A stretch of DNA of 61,667 nt, filler included, from Alphaproteobacteria bacterium (GTDB lineage Bacteria > Pseudomonadota > Alphaproteobacteria > Caedimonadales > UBA9215): assembly GCA_024280495.1 (NCBI GenBank). It is 7 parts of 7 records of this genome, joined end to end, with 100 filler letters (N's around TTAATTAATTAA, not from the genome) between each part and the next. Parts side by side here need not be neighbours in the genome. Positions count along the whole stretch, not along the records: positions 17,579 to 39,041 come from JAJRPZ010000059.1; 6 more parts are not named here. The stretch is one strand, 5' to 3'. The notes under the pieces are model-generated. The model saw only the letters and a list, made by a program, of their open reading frames with translations, was not told the origin of the DNA and did not search any database. Position numbers and translations under genes: made by a program. Positions 21,506-32,765 of the stretch are shown here, piece after piece. Each line of letters begins with the position of its first letter. The first letter of the stretch is position 1.

Positions 21506-22473
21506 GTTTTATCCTCATTATCTACCTGAGAGCTGTTCTCCTTAATTTCATGGGAGTAATCAATAAAAGAGGCACTTTTAGAAGCATGACATTTCTTTTC
21601 AACTTGAAGGGTTGTAAAATAGAGGTTAAAATTTTTATCAAGAACGGCATAAACCTTACTTAAAACGGCTTCATGATCCTCGTTTCTTTCAATCATAATA
21701 TGTGCTGTAAGAAGATTTTTACCAGAAGTCAAAGTCCACAAGTGGATGTGATGAACATGGGAAATTTCTTTAAGTTTTTCAAGAACGTCTTTTATATCAT
21801 CGGCATTTATGTCAGATGGAGACGCTTCTAAAAAGATATCAAAAGTCTCTTTAATAATACCCCATGATGCCCATAAAAGCACAAGGCCAAAAAGCATGCC
21901 GAGAATAGGATCGATTGGCATCCAGCCCGTTAACTGAATAACCACTGCTGCTATAATAATAATGATGCTCCCAATAAATGTTTGCATCACATGCCAGAAG
22001 GCACCTTTCATGTTGAGGTTGTTTTTAAAACTCTTCCACATCACAGTCATGGCAATACATTCTGTAATTAAGCCACCAGCAGCGGAGAGGTACATAATGT
22101 TCGTTGGTAACTCAATGCTTTGTTGGAGGCGATTATAACCCATCCATAAAATATAAAGGGCCATGAGTAATAAAAAAACACCATTCAAAAGAGCAGCAAC
22201 AATTTTGGCTCTCATCATGCCAAAGGTATGGTTTTTATCGCTTGGACGCATAGATATACGATTTGCTACAAGTGCTAGCAACACACCACCAACGGCCGAA
22301 AATGTGTGAAAAGCGTCAGAAAGAACAGCAACTGACCCTGAATAAATACCAAGACCAAGTTCAATGAAAAAATAAACACCCGTCAACCAACCAGTGATTT
22401 TTAATGCTCTAGCGTCAGCTTCCATGCCGTGAAAAGTACCTGCACTGCCATGTGAGTTATGCTTTTTTTTCAT
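21502..22473 (-). CDS. czcD: Cation diffusion facilitator (CzcD/ZitB-like)
   Basis: SGSVAVLSDAFH, TFG..R, NLNMKGAFWHV, HHIHLWTLTSG. Confidence 0.88.
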   Translation of the reverse strand: MKKKHNSHGSAGTFHGMEADARALKITGWLTGVYFFIELGLGIYSGSVAVLSDAFHTFSAVGGVLLALVANRISMRPSDKNHTFGMMRAKIVAALLNGVFLLLMALYILWMGYNRLQQSIELPTNIMYLSAAGGLITECIAMTVMWKSFKNNLNMKGAFWHVMQTFIGSIIIIIAAVVIQLTGWMPIDPILGMLFGLVLLWASWGIIKETFDIFLEASPSDINADDIKDVLEKLKEISHVHHIHLWTLTSGKNLLTAHIMIERNEDHEAVLSKVYAVLDKNFNLYFTTLQVEKKCHASKSASFIDYSHEIKENSSQVDNEDKT

Positions 22474-22890
22474 ATGCTTATATCAAAAAAAAAGCCCTTA
22501 CTTTTTTTTGACCTTCCTATTTTGAATTTATTCCTTTTTCTATTATACAGCAGATTTTACTAAAAAAGCATAAAGATCAGTTAAGAGACTATGAAGTAAA
22601 AATGTTTTTTTCATATCTTTTTTCATATGAATTAATATTGAAATATGTTATAAATAGTTCTCTGTAATAAAAGCAATTTTTTTGTCTTTATTAAATATGT
22701 GAAGATACGTTTCAAACTTATGACTTTAGATTGCAATATTTTACATTAAGTTTTAATGTAGGTTGCCCACTTTTGAAATCACATATTATTATTGCGACCT
22801 GTAACTTATTAATCATAATTTCTAATATGAAATGACTTGCAAGGGTAGACAGATTTAATCAACTATAAGAAAGAATGGAGATGCCTGAAA

Positions 22891-23418
22891 ATGGATAATA
22901 CTGATATACTTTCTAACAGCGAATTTTCAATGGGTGACATTGTTGTTTACCCGACTCACGGCGTGGGTAGGCTTGAAAAGGTCGAGAGTCAAACCATTGC
23001 TGGGCATGAACTTAAAGTTCTAGTTATTAATTTTGAAAAAAAACGAATGACGTTGCGATTACCATCAAGTAAAGCAAAAAAATCGGGGCTTCGTTGCATT
23101 AGTACCAAAGATTCTGTCTCTCAAACCATTTCTCTCCTTTCTAAGAAAATGAAAGCGACCAAAGGTATTTGGGCGAGACGTGCCCAAGAATATGAATCAA
23201 AAATAAATTCTGGTTGCATTAAATCCTTAGGTGAAGTGTTACGTGAATTGCACCGTACGGAAAACCAAGCAGAACAATCTTACAGTGAACGTCAAATTTA
23301 TCAAAATGCCCTAGAACGTTTTGCTGACGAAGTTGCCATTGTAGAGTCCATTAAATTTGATGATGCTTGCACAAAATTAAAAGATGTTCTTCAAAATCAG
23401 GCAGTGGTTGCTGCTTAA
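22891..23418 (+). CDS. carD: CarD family transcriptional regulator
   Basis: F..GDIVVYPTHGVG, W.RR.QEYE.KINSG, EQSYSERQIY. Confidence 0.93.
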   Translation: MDNTDILSNSEFSMGDIVVYPTHGVGRLEKVESQTIAGHELKVLVINFEKKRMTLRLPSSKAKKSGLRCISTKDSVSQTISLLSKKMKATKGIWARRAQEYESKINSGCIKSLGEVLRELHRTENQAEQSYSERQIYQNALERFADEVAIVESIKFDDACTKLKDVLQNQAVVAA

Positions 23419-23457
23419 TGATTTAAGATCGAAAATCCTACCATGGTCAGGAATTAA

Positions 23458-23499
23458 GGTGTAAAGTCGATCAAGTGGCTTTGCACCATAACTTTTTTT
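23458..23499 (+). terminator. Probable intrinsic terminator after carD
   Basis: GGTGTAAAGTC / GGCTTTGCACC stem followed closely by a T run. Confidence 0.55.
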
Positions 23500-23594
23500 A
23501 AGGGGTAACCCTGGGAAAAGAATCAAAAAATCTTGCTGTGGGGGCATAGACCCATTATAGTTGTTTTTAGAATTAATTTAAAAAGAACGTTTTT

Positions 23595-24539
23595 ATGTCC
23601 TTTCAAATCCAACCCTTTCAAGACTTATCTAAAAAAGAAAAAAGCTTTCAAAGTATTATTTTAAAACTACAAACTTTTTGGGCTCATCAAGATTGCACTA
23701 TCATGCAGCCATATGATATGGAAATGGGAGCAGGTACTTTTCATCCAGCAACCACTTTACGTACCCTTGGGGCTAAACCTTGGCGCACGGCATATGTACA
23801 GCCTTGCCGACGCCCAACCGATGGCCGTTATGGTGAAAACCCAAATCGTGTTCAACACTATTATCAGTTTCAAGTTATTATGAAACCATCCCCTGATAAT
23901 ATTCAGGAACTTATGCTTGATAGTTTTAAGACCATTGGTATTGATCCCACGTTGCATGATATTCGTTTTGTTGAGGATAATTGGGAAGGACCGACTCTGG
24001 GGGCTTCTGGCCTTGGTTGGGAAGTATGGTGTGATGGTCAGGAAGTGCTTCAATTTACATATTTTCAACAGTTAGGGGGGGCTGAGTGTGCACCTGTTCC
24101 CGTTGAATTGACCTATGGTTTGGAGCGTTGTGCTTGCGTTGTTCAGGGCGTCGAAAACCTTTTTGATCTCGATTGGAATGGAGCAGAGGGTGATCGTAAT
24201 ATTACCTATCGGGATATTTTCATGCAAAACGAAAAAGAATTTTCCGCCTTTAATTTTGACCATGCCAATGTTAAAAAATTAACTTTTGAGTTTTCAGAGG
24301 CAGAAAAACAATGTCAGGTTTTGCTCGAGGAAAAACTCGTTATGCCAGCCTATGATCAAGCCTTAAAAGCAAGTCACCTTTTTAATCTCTTAGATGCGAG
24401 AGGAGCAATTAGTGTCCTTGAGCGTGCCTCTTATATTGGCCGCGTAAGAGATCTGGCCCGAGGCTGTTGCGATCTTTATTTAGCGCAACAATCAACAGAT
24501 TTAAAAAAAACGCAACAAACCTTAACAACAGGAGCGTAA
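23595..24539 (+). CDS. glyQ: Glycine--tRNA ligase alpha subunit
   Basis: [31 protein letters not shown]. Confidence 0.98.
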   Translation: MSFQIQPFQDLSKKEKSFQSIILKLQTFWAHQDCTIMQPYDMEMGAGTFHPATTLRTLGAKPWRTAYVQPCRRPTDGRYGENPNRVQHYYQFQVIMKPSPDNIQELMLDSFKTIGIDPTLHDIRFVEDNWEGPTLGASGLGWEVWCDGQEVLQFTYFQQLGGAECAPVPVELTYGLERCACVVQGVENLFDLDWNGAEGDRNITYRDIFMQNEKEFSAFNFDHANVKKLTFEFSEAEKQCQVLLEEKLVMPAYDQALKASHLFNLLDARGAISVLERASYIGRVRDLARGCCDLYLAQQSTDLKKTQQTLTTGA

Positions 24540-24543
24540 CGCC

Positions 24544-26637
24544 ATGTCAGAATTCTTTTTTGAAATTCGCTCTGGTGAAATCCCTGGCCCCATGCAACGT
24601 GCGGCTGCAAAAGACCTTGAGCGTATTTTATCGCAGAAATTAAAGGATTTATCCCTTGAATTTAACACTCTTAAAGCCTTTGTTGGTCCGCGTCGTTTGG
24701 GGGTCGTCGTAGGGGGGGTTTCCTCTGAAATCCCTGCATTACATACGGAAAAACGCGGCCCTCGAGTGGATGCACCGCAAAAAGCTATTGATGGTTTTCT
24801 AACATCTTCTGGTGTTAAACTTGAGGAGCTTGAGTCCCGTAAAACACCAAAGGGAACTTTTTATTTTCTGACAACGATCACGGCAAAACAATCAACGGAA
24901 GATGTGTTACCAGGCATTATACAAGATATTATTTATGGTTTTCCTTGGCCTAAAAGTATGACCTGGTCAACGACCACTAGGTCTTGGATTCGTCCTATTC
25001 ATGGGGGTTGTGCATTATTTGATGGCAAAAAAATGGATTTTGACGTGTCCATGAACGAAGAAAATCACCCTGATCCTATATTGATTTCTTTTTCAGATGT
25101 GACCGTGGGGCACTGCTTTATGGCACCTTCTCCCTTTCAGGTAAAATCATTTGAGGATTATCAACAAAAATTAAACAAAGCCTTTGTCATAGTGGATCAA
25201 GATCAGCGAAAAAAAATAATCGACGATCAATTACAAGCAATTTGCAAAAAGAAAAACCTATCTATCTTGCCTGATCAAGGATTGATGGATGAAGTCACGG
25301 GCCTTGTGGAATGGCCAGTTTGTCTTTTAGGGACCATTCAAAGTGAATTTATGAGCTTGCCGCCAGAGTTATTAAAAACAACCATGCGAGTGCACCAAAG
25401 ATACTTTAGTGCCCATAAAGATGATGGATCTTTTGCGCCTCATTTCATTCTAGTTGCCAATATTGAAGCCCCCGATGAGGGAAAACAAATCATCATTGGC
25501 AATGAACGTGTTCTTAAGGCTCGTTTGTCCGATGCAGCCTTTTTCTATGATCAAGATCGTAAAAAATCCTTGATAAGCCATGGGACTCGTTTAGAAAAAA
25601 CCGTCTTTCACGCAGATCTTGGAAACATGGCACAAAAACAAAATCGTCTATCCACTATTATTAACTTTTTCAATGAATCTGATAAGGTATCTGTGAAACA
25701 TGCAAGGCAAGCAGCGACTCTTTGTAAGGCAGATCTTATGGGGGAGATGGTTTATGAATTTCCAGAACTACAAGGTATTATCGGATCTTATTATGCAAAA
25801 GCTGATGGATACCATCAAGATGTTGCCAATGCTATTTATAATCAATATAGCCCCAAAGGTCCTAGTGATGATTTACCCTCAGTAAAAGCAGCCCAACTTT
25901 TGGCATTGGCCGATCGTTTTGACACACTTGTTGGATTTTTCAGCATAGGCATCAAGCCCACAGGATCTAAAGATCCTTTTGCCTTGCGCCGCTCTACCCT
26001 TGGTATTATTAGGTACCTCGAGGAAGACTTTGATGTGTTTATACCTGATGTTTTATCACAGGTTTTTGATCTTTTTGAGGAGGTGAAAAATCTTAAAAAA
26101 GAAGTGAAAAAAGAGACAGTTCTAAAAGATCTTGAGTTGTTCTTAATGGAGCGCCTTAAAGTTTATTGGCGAGATCAAGGTTATGGCCATGGATATGTGA
26201 ATGCTGTTCTAGGTGAGGGATTGAGTGCACCTCTCTTTGTTTTAAAAGAACGCCTCATTGCCCTTGTTGATTTTGTTGAAAAAGACCCTCAAAATGCACA
26301 AAATCTTTTTTCAGGGTATAAACGCGCGGTTAATATCCTAAAAAAAGAAAAGGTAATTTCAGTTGACCTTCCCCAAGAGGCTTTATTTGAGAAAGATGAA
26401 GAACGCTTGTTGTTCAATGAGTTGCTGAAGGCAGATACGGCTCTAAAATTATCGCTGTCTAAAGCTGATTATAAAAAGGCCCTTTTGGATATTGCCCCTT
26501 TGAACGCACCCATCGATGGTTTTTTTGATCATGTGCAAGTTAACGATAGCCGCAATGAAATCCGTGATAATAGACTCAAAATTTTGAGATATTTACAACG
26601 TATATTTGAAACCTATGCAGATTTTTCTCAGGTTTGA
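24544..26637 (+). CDS. glyS: Glycine--tRNA ligase beta subunit
   Basis: GLVEWP, GNERVL.ARL.DA.FF, EFPELQG, PTGSKDPFALRR. Confidence 0.97.
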   Translation: MSEFFFEIRSGEIPGPMQRAAAKDLERILSQKLKDLSLEFNTLKAFVGPRRLGVVVGGVSSEIPALHTEKRGPRVDAPQKAIDGFLTSSGVKLEELESRKTPKGTFYFLTTITAKQSTEDVLPGIIQDIIYGFPWPKSMTWSTTTRSWIRPIHGGCALFDGKKMDFDVSMNEENHPDPILISFSDVTVGHCFMAPSPFQVKSFEDYQQKLNKAFVIVDQDQRKKIIDDQLQAICKKKNLSILPDQGLMDEVTGLVEWPVCLLGTIQSEFMSLPPELLKTTMRVHQRYFSAHKDDGSFAPHFILVANIEAPDEGKQIIIGNERVLKARLSDAAFFYDQDRKKSLISHGTRLEKTVFHADLGNMAQKQNRLSTIINFFNESDKVSVKHARQAATLCKADLMGEMVYEFPELQGIIGSYYAKADGYHQDVANAIYNQYSPKGPSDDLPSVKAAQLLALADRFDTLVGFFSIGIKPTGSKDPFALRRSTLGIIRYLEEDFDVFIPDVLSQVFDLFEEVKNLKKEVKKETVLKDLELFLMERLKVYWRDQGYGHGYVNAVLGEGLSAPLFVLKERLIALVDFVEKDPQNAQNLFSGYKRAVNILKKEKVISVDLPQEALFEKDEERLLFNELLKADTALKLSLSKADYKKALLDIAPLNAPIDGFFDHVQVNDSRNEIRDNRLKILRYLQRIFETYADFSQV

Positions 26638-26679
26638 CAACAACCATCAAAATTAAGTGTTTATGGTAGAGCATCTAAA

Positions 26680-26786
26680 TATGGTTGTTTCAAAAAAAAT
26701 CTAGTCTAGGAGCGAGGGACCAACGCCTACAACTTATAGGCGCGGGAGTGATTGACGACGTCTGGGATGTTTATGGAATGACTATA
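26680..26786 (+). repeat. 107-bp TA-bounded palindromic repeat (MITE/RPE/ERIC-like), full copy
   Basis: Imperfect TIRs TATGGTTGTTTCAAAAA / TTTATGGAATGACTATA; central CGCCTAC-AACTT-ATAGGCG hairpin; core shared with 39142-39235 (-) and 55450-55536 (+); lies between convergent glyS and sdhB. Confidence 0.85.
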
Positions 26787-26801
26787 CTTTCACAGCGTTT
26801 T

Positions 26802-27584
26802 TTAAATCACTCTCTCAACCAGGTCTTTTTTGATGGCACCGATGGCTTTTCCAGGGTTCAACCCCTTTGGACAAGTTTTGGCGCAATTCATGATTGTATG
26901 GCAACGATATAGTTTGAAAGGATCTTCCAAGGCATCTAGTCGATCGCCCGTGCTTTCATCTCTTGTATCCGCTATCCAACGATAAGCTTGAAGCAATGTT
27001 GCAGGACCTAAATAACGATCTCCGTTCCACCAATAACTAGGGCAACTGGTGGTGCAGCAATAACAAAGAACACATTCCCAAAGACCATCCAATTTTTCAC
27101 GTTCTTCTGGGCTTTGAAGGCGTTCTTTATCTGGCGTTAACGCGCTATCGGCTTGTATCCATGGTTCAATACTTTCATATTGAGCATAGGCATGGGTGAG
27201 ATCTGGTACCAAGTCTTTCATAATGGGCATATGGGGTAGGGGATAAAATTTAATATCCCCTTTTAGATCTTCCACATGTTTCGTGCAAGCCAATGTATTT
27301 GTACCGTTTACATTCATGGAACAAGATCCGCAAACACCTTCGCGGCAAGAACGTCTGAAGGCCAGAGTTGGGTCCAGTTTTTCTTTGATATTTAAAAGAA
27401 TATCCAAAGCCATGGTGCCAAATGTTTCTTCATCAATGATATAGGTATCCAAACGTGGGTTTTCCGTAGGTTTTTCAGGATCCCAGCGATAGACCATCAC
27501 TTTACGTGGACGTTTTGGATTTTCAACAGCGAAGGTACGACCCTTAACAACTTTTGAATTTTTGGGGAGTGTAAATTCAGCCAT
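26802..27584 (-). CDS. sdhB: Succinate dehydrogenase Fe-S subunit
   Basis: [47 protein letters not shown]; start probably MAEF. Confidence 0.98.
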   Translation of the reverse strand: MAEFTLPKNSKVVKGRTFAVENPKRPRKVMVYRWDPEKPTENPRLDTYIIDEETFGTMALDILLNIKEKLDPTLAFRRSCREGVCGSCSMNVNGTNTLACTKHVEDLKGDIKFYPLPHMPIMKDLVPDLTHAYAQYESIEPWIQADSALTPDKERLQSPEEREKLDGLWECVLCYCCTTSCPSYWWNGDRYLGPATLLQAYRWIADTRDESTGDRLDALEDPFKLYRCHTIMNCAKTCPKGLNPGKAIGAIKKDLVERVI

Positions 27585-27601
27585 GTGTCTCACACCTTTT
27601 G

Positions 27602-29428
27602 TTAATAAACGCGTTTTGCCAAAGGCACGGTTTCAATTTCATCGGTCAATGTTTTCATAATCACTGGGCGGTAAGTAATAGTGCATTTTTGCAGATCAGT
27701 TGTGCCAACAAGGGAATGTTTTAACCAATCTGTGTCATCTCGATCTGGATAATCATCATGGGAATGCGCGCCTCGGCTTTCCTTACGATTCAATGCAGAC
27801 GTTAACGTCACCACAGACTGACCCATGAGATTTTCAAGTTCAAGGGCTTCAACTAAATCTGTGTTCCATATAAGGGAACGATCATTAAGACGAATATTTT
27901 TAAGGTTCGCTGCTGCGACTTTGATTTCTTTGACACCCTCAGCCATGAGCTTATCCGTGCGAAAAACACTGCAATATCGCTGCATGGTACCTTGCATATG
28001 ACCTCGAATTTCTGCTGTGGACAAAGATCCATTTGCATGACGCAAACGATCTAAACGAGACAAAGAATAATCAGCGCTATCTTCAGGAAGTGGCTTGTGC
28101 TTAGATTCTGGATCAATTGTTTTTTTAGCCTGAATAGATGCGGCTCGTCCAAAAACCACAAGATCCAACAATGAGTTTGTCCCCAGTCGATTGGCGCCAT
28201 GAACGGATACACAAGCAGCTTCTCCAATGGCCATTAATCCAGGAACAACTGAATTAGGATCTTTATGGGTGGGGTTCACGACTTCACAATGAATATTGGT
28301 TGGGATCCCCCCCATATTATAGTGAACCGTGGGGGTCACTGGAATGGGTTCTTTCATCACATCAACACCAGCAAAAATACGGGAAGATTCTTTGATACCA
28401 GGTAAACGTTTTTCAATAACTTCAGGGTCAAGATGTGTGATGGTTAGGTGTACATGATCTTTGTTGGGGCCAATACCGCGTCCTTCATTAATTTCAATGG
28501 TCATTGCGCGGCTGACGACATCACGGGAGGCAAGATCCTTGGCATTGGGTGCGTAACGTTCCATAAAACGCTCCCCTTCTGAATTTAAAAGATATCCACC
28601 TTCACCGCGAACACCTTCAGTAATCAGGCAGCCAGCACCATGAATACCAGTTGGATGAAATTGGATAAATTCCATATCTTGCAAGGGGATACCAGCACGA
28701 AGGGCCATTCCACCCCCATCACCAGTACAAGTATGTGCACCAGTACAAGTCGCAAAAGCACGGCCATAGCCGCCCGTTGCCAACACAACGGTTTTAGCTG
28801 AAAATCGATGGATAACACCATTCTCGAGACAAAGCGCCGTCACACCACGACATGATCCATCGTCATCCATAATAAGATCTATTGCGAAATATTCGATAAA
28901 AAATTTAGTTTTATGTTTCAGGCATTGTTGATAAAGGGTGTGTAAAATCGCATGTCCTGTTCTATCCGCCGCCGCACAAGCACGGTTGGCCATAGCCTTA
29001 CCTTTTTCAATTGTGTGCCCGCCAAAAAGACGTTGATAAATGCTTCCATTTTCTGTTCGTGAAAAAGGAACTCCCATGTGCTCAAGCTCAATAACAGAGG
29101 GAATTGCTTCCCGACACATATATTCAATGGCATCTTGATCGCCTAACCAATCGGATCCCTTAACGGTATCATAAACATGGTGTTTCCAGTGATCACCATC
29201 TCCCATATTACCAAGGGCGGCACTAATGCCTCCTTGGGCTGCGACCGTATGGCTGCGCGTGGGGAAAACCTTTGAAATACAAGCCGTTGAGAGACCAGCC
29301 GCACTCATACCGAGGGCAGCTCGCAGACCCGCACCACCCGCACCAACGATCACCACATCATATTCATGATCAATGATTTTATATTCTGATTTCAGGTTTT
29401 TGTTTTGAATAATTTTTGCATCGGTCAT
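27602..29428 (-). CDS. sdhA: Succinate dehydrogenase flavoprotein subunit
   Basis: [16 protein letters not shown] (covalent FAD His), [14 protein letters not shown]. Confidence 0.98.
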   Translation of the reverse strand: MTDAKIIQNKNLKSEYKIIDHEYDVVIVGAGGAGLRAALGMSAAGLSTACISKVFPTRSHTVAAQGGISAALGNMGDGDHWKHHVYDTVKGSDWLGDQDAIEYMCREAIPSVIELEHMGVPFSRTENGSIYQRLFGGHTIEKGKAMANRACAAADRTGHAILHTLYQQCLKHKTKFFIEYFAIDLIMDDDGSCRGVTALCLENGVIHRFSAKTVVLATGGYGRAFATCTGAHTCTGDGGGMALRAGIPLQDMEFIQFHPTGIHGAGCLITEGVRGEGGYLLNSEGERFMERYAPNAKDLASRDVVSRAMTIEINEGRGIGPNKDHVHLTITHLDPEVIEKRLPGIKESSRIFAGVDVMKEPIPVTPTVHYNMGGIPTNIHCEVVNPTHKDPNSVVPGLMAIGEAACVSVHGANRLGTNSLLDLVVFGRAASIQAKKTIDPESKHKPLPEDSADYSLSRLDRLRHANGSLSTAEIRGHMQGTMQRYCSVFRTDKLMAEGVKEIKVAAANLKNIRLNDRSLIWNTDLVEALELENLMGQSVVTLTSALNRKESRGAHSHDDYPDRDDTDWLKHSLVGTTDLQKCTITYRPVIMKTLTDEIETVPLAKRVY

Positions 29429-29431
29429 GGA

Positions 29432-29884
29432 TTATAATGTCTCCAGAAAAGTAGAAGATTTTTCAGTATTAAATTTAAACAAGTCAGTATTTTGAATGCG
29501 AATAAGGCTTAGTAATGCCATGACTCCCACTAGGGCAAAAAATAATTTTAATGCAATGAGTGTTGGTATTTTAATGCACTGAGTATGGACGTAATCTTCA
29601 ATAACAACCTGTAAACCTAGAAAGCCATGGTACAAACCAGCAACAATAAATAATAGTACCAAGGTAAAGTCCATAGGCGTTTGCAACCAAGCTACAACAC
29701 TTTCGTATGAGCTCATATTTCCTGCATAAAAACTGTACAAAACCCAGGGACCCAAAAGAAGCAAAGAAATAGCAGAAAATCTCTGGGAAATCCAATGATG
29801 AGTCCCTTCCTTTGCAGAGCCATGATTTTTAGCACGTCCCAAAGGCGATTGACATTTTATGGAGGGCTCTTGTTTATAAGACAT
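29432..29884 (-). CDS. sdhD: Succinate dehydrogenase membrane anchor
   Basis: GSAKEGTHHWISQR, H..LGLQVVIEDYVH. Confidence 0.93.
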   Translation of the reverse strand: MSYKQEPSIKCQSPLGRAKNHGSAKEGTHHWISQRFSAISLLLLGPWVLYSFYAGNMSSYESVVAWLQTPMDFTLVLLFIVAGLYHGFLGLQVVIEDYVHTQCIKIPTLIALKLFFALVGVMALLSLIRIQNTDLFKFNTEKSSTFLETL

Positions 29885-29895
29885 ATTAAATTCCT

Positions 29896-30282
29896 TTAGA
29901 AAACACTAGTCATGAGAGCAAGATAGGAAACTGTTAAGAATGTTGATATCATAAGAACAATCCACCCCGTTTTGTATACAGTCGAGAGTTCAAAACCACA
30001 ACCTACATCCCATATGAGATGACGAATACCATTGCAAAAATGATAGAAAAAAGCCGCACTAAAAGCTGCAAATAAAACCTGACCTAAAGAACTTTGAAAA
30101 AAAATATTGGTACAGTCAAATGTTTCTTTTGAATAACCAAGGGCAATAACCCAAAAAGAAAAAAGAAGTATACCAAAAGACAAAAACACGCCAGATCCAC
30201 GATGTATAATGGATAGCATAGAAGTTAATTGGGGAGAATAAATCTGAAGATGGGGTGATAATGGTCGTTGTCGTGGATCCAT
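29896..30282 (-). CDS. sdhC: Succinate dehydrogenase cytochrome b556 subunit
   Basis: RPLSPHLQIY, SIIHR.SG, YH..NGIRHL.WD. Confidence 0.95.
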   Translation of the reverse strand: MDPRQRPLSPHLQIYSPQLTSMLSIIHRGSGVFLSFGILLFSFWVIALGYSKETFDCTNIFFQSSLGQVLFAAFSAAFFYHFCNGIRHLIWDVGCGFELSTVYKTGWIVLMISTFLTVSYLALMTSVF

Positions 30283-30483
30283 GAAACGCCTCCCTTAAAA
30301 ATGTTTTTCTTTTATTTAACATCATTTTTTAAGTTATAGCAAGAGCCCTCCTCGCCTTCAGCAGGGCCACCGTCATGAAAAATCCCTTGTAATTTTTTAA
30401 TTCAGCTGCAATATCCTTAAAAAACAAGAGAATATTATGGTTAAGCCGTTTTAGAAAACATTTTGAAACCTATTACCAGGCAT

Positions 30484-31902
30484 CTAGATCATTTTTGATG
30501 GATCAATCCAAGCATCAAAATCTTCAGCACTTAAAAAACCTAATTTGAGGGCTGCTTCCTTGAGAGTGCTATCATCGGTGTGGGCGGTCTTGGCAATTTT
30601 GGCTGCGTTATCATATCCAATATGAGGGTTCAGCGCTGTCACTAACATTAATGACTCATGTAAAAGTTTATCAATATGTTTTTCGTTGGCTTTTATGCCC
30701 ACGACACAATTATCCGAAAAACTTTTGGCGCCATCGGCAAGGAGGCGAATGGACTGAAGGACATTATAGATCATGACTGGTTTAAAAACATTCAACTCAA
30801 AATGCCCATTAGAGCCAGCAATGGTAATGGTTACGTGGTTTCCCATAATTTGGGTGCAGACCATGGTAAGGGCTTCGCTTTGTGTTGGGTTTACTTTTCC
30901 TGGCATGATAGAGGAGCCTGGTTCGTTGGCAGGCAGTGATAATTCTCCAATGCCACAACGGGGACCTGATCCCAATAAGCGGATATCGTTTGCGATTTTC
31001 ATCAATGATGTTGCCAGTACATTCAAGGCGCCAGATGTTTCAACAAGAGCATCATGGGCAGCAAGTGCTTCGTATTTATTAGGAGCAGTTACAAATGGCA
31101 GTCCCGTTTGCGCCGAAACTTCCGCTGTGAATTTCACAGCGAAGTTTTTGTGAGTATTTAAACCGCTACCAACGGCAGTGCCCCCTTGGGCGAGTTTGTA
31201 AAGGTTGGGCAAGGTTGACTTAACCCGATCAATGCCAAGGCGCACCTGTGTTGCGTAAGAGCTAAAAACTGAACCTAGGGTTAAAGGCGTTGCGTCTTGA
31301 AGGTGGGTACGACCGATTTTCACAATATTTTTAAAGGCTTCTTGCTTGGCTTCAAGGCTGTGTGCCAGATGTTCAAGATTAGGTAAAAGAAGTTCATTAA
31401 TTTGAGAAGCAGCGGCGATGTGCATTACCGTTGGGAAAGTATCATTAGAAGACTGACCGCGGTTCACATGATCATTGGGATGTACAGGATTTTTCGATCC
31501 AAGAATCCCACCAGCTATTTCTATACTACGGTTTGAAATGACTTCATTGGCATTCATATTACTTTGTGTGCCAGAACCCGTCTGCCATACAACTAAGGGA
31601 AATTGGTCATTATGTCGCCCTTGGATCACTTCATCAGCTGCTTCTATGATAAGGTTGGCTGTATCTGCTTCGAGTGTTTTGAGGGCCTTATTGACAACGG
31701 CTGCAGAGCGTTTTTGAATGCCTAAGGCCTTGATCAGAGCCACGGGCATGTTTTCAGTGCCAATTTTAAAATTCTCAAGTGAACGCTGTGTTTGGGCCCC
31801 CCAATAAACGGCATCATTAACTTGGATATTGCCGATGGAGTCAGATTCTGTCCTGGTAGACGTTGAGGTATTTGGTTGTTTTTTTTCTGCGAAACGTGAC
31901 AT
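30484..31902 (-). CDS. fumC: Class II fumarate hydratase
   Basis: [37 protein letters not shown]. Confidence 0.97.
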   Translation of the reverse strand: MSRFAEKKQPNTSTSTRTESDSIGNIQVNDAVYWGAQTQRSLENFKIGTENMPVALIKALGIQKRSAAVVNKALKTLEADTANLIIEAADEVIQGRHNDQFPLVVWQTGSGTQSNMNANEVISNRSIEIAGGILGSKNPVHPNDHVNRGQSSNDTFPTVMHIAAASQINELLLPNLEHLAHSLEAKQEAFKNIVKIGRTHLQDATPLTLGSVFSSYATQVRLGIDRVKSTLPNLYKLAQGGTAVGSGLNTHKNFAVKFTAEVSAQTGLPFVTAPNKYEALAAHDALVETSGALNVLATSLMKIANDIRLLGSGPRCGIGELSLPANEPGSSIMPGKVNPTQSEALTMVCTQIMGNHVTITIAGSNGHFELNVFKPVMIYNVLQSIRLLADGAKSFSDNCVVGIKANEKHIDKLLHESLMLVTALNPHIGYDNAAKIAKTAHTDDSTLKEAALKLGFLSAEDFDAWIDPSKMI

Positions 31903-31962
31903 AGGGGGCTCTCATTTATTTGTGAGTTTTTATCCAAGGGGAAAAAGAGGGTTCAGTCACTT

Positions 31963-32625
31963 TTAAGATTGAGATTGTTGGGTGTTTTTAGGATTCTGTT
32001 TTGCATTACGCCCCAAAAGTGTCACAGAAAAAGCAGCAAGACCTGTTTTTAAAATAAAGGCTAATTGATAGCTGAGATAAACGGATTTTGCAGTTGCGGC
32101 ATTGGTCAAATAATAAACCCAAGCAATACCTGGAATATCAATCAAAATAGCGCCAAAAATAAAAATAGCGATTGTTGATAGAGATTTTTTCGCAAATCCA
32201 CGTTCGTAAAGAACACCAACACCGTAAGCTGATAGCATAAATCCAACGAGAAAACCTGCCGTTGGGCCAACAAAATAAAGTGGTCCCGTAAGAGATCCCA
32301 TAAAAACAGGTATTCCACAAAAACCTTCTGCTAAATAAGCGATCACACTGGCAAGGGCAAGGCGTGATCCAAAAACACAACCTAAAATCATCACGGCAAG
32401 GGTCTGCATTGTTGTCGAAACAGGATAGAGGGGGATATTAATTTTAGCTCCTATGGTAATAAAAAGAGAGCCAATAAGGGAAATGGTTATGAATTTCAAA
32501 AGAGTTAAATGTGTGAATTGTGGAAAGTATTTTGCTAAAAGACTATTTTTTATGGAAAAAATCTCCATACTTTTTTGTCCAATTTTCTTTTGACCGATAA
32601 CTTTTTGCATAATGAGAAACTCCAA
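31963..32625 (-). CDS. bioY: Biotin transporter BioY
   Basis: PVSTTMQTLAV, G.PVF, GPTAGFLVGF; start uncertain. Confidence 0.88.
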   Translation of the reverse strand: MEFLIMQKVIGQKKIGQKSMEIFSIKNSLLAKYFPQFTHLTLLKFITISLIGSLFITIGAKINIPLYPVSTTMQTLAVMILGCVFGSRLALASVIAYLAEGFCGIPVFMGSLTGPLYFVGPTAGFLVGFMLSAYGVGVLYERGFAKKSLSTIAIFIFGAILIDIPGIAWVYYLTNAATAKSVYLSYQLAFILKTGLAAFSVTLLGRNAKQNPKNTQQSQS

Positions 32626-32703
32626 ATTTACTTCATCCTATTTTCTTTTTCCAATGGGTTCAACATTATTTTTTTATATTTATAAGAAAAAGAGATGATT
32701 TGA

Positions 32704-32718
32704 TTAACGTCTTCTTAA
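32704..32718. promoter_or_regulatory. CtrA-binding box upstream of the che operon
   Basis: TTAA-CGTCTTC-TTAA (TTAA-N7-TTAA), ~50 bp upstream of cheA. Confidence 0.6.
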
Positions 32719-32765
32719 TAAATCATTGCAAGGATGTTTGAGAATGACTCTTACTTTAAAGGCTT

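Noticed and set aside
26685..26912. 75-aa ORF between glyS and sdhB
   Set aside because: Derived from the palindromic repeat and antisense to the sdhB 3' end.
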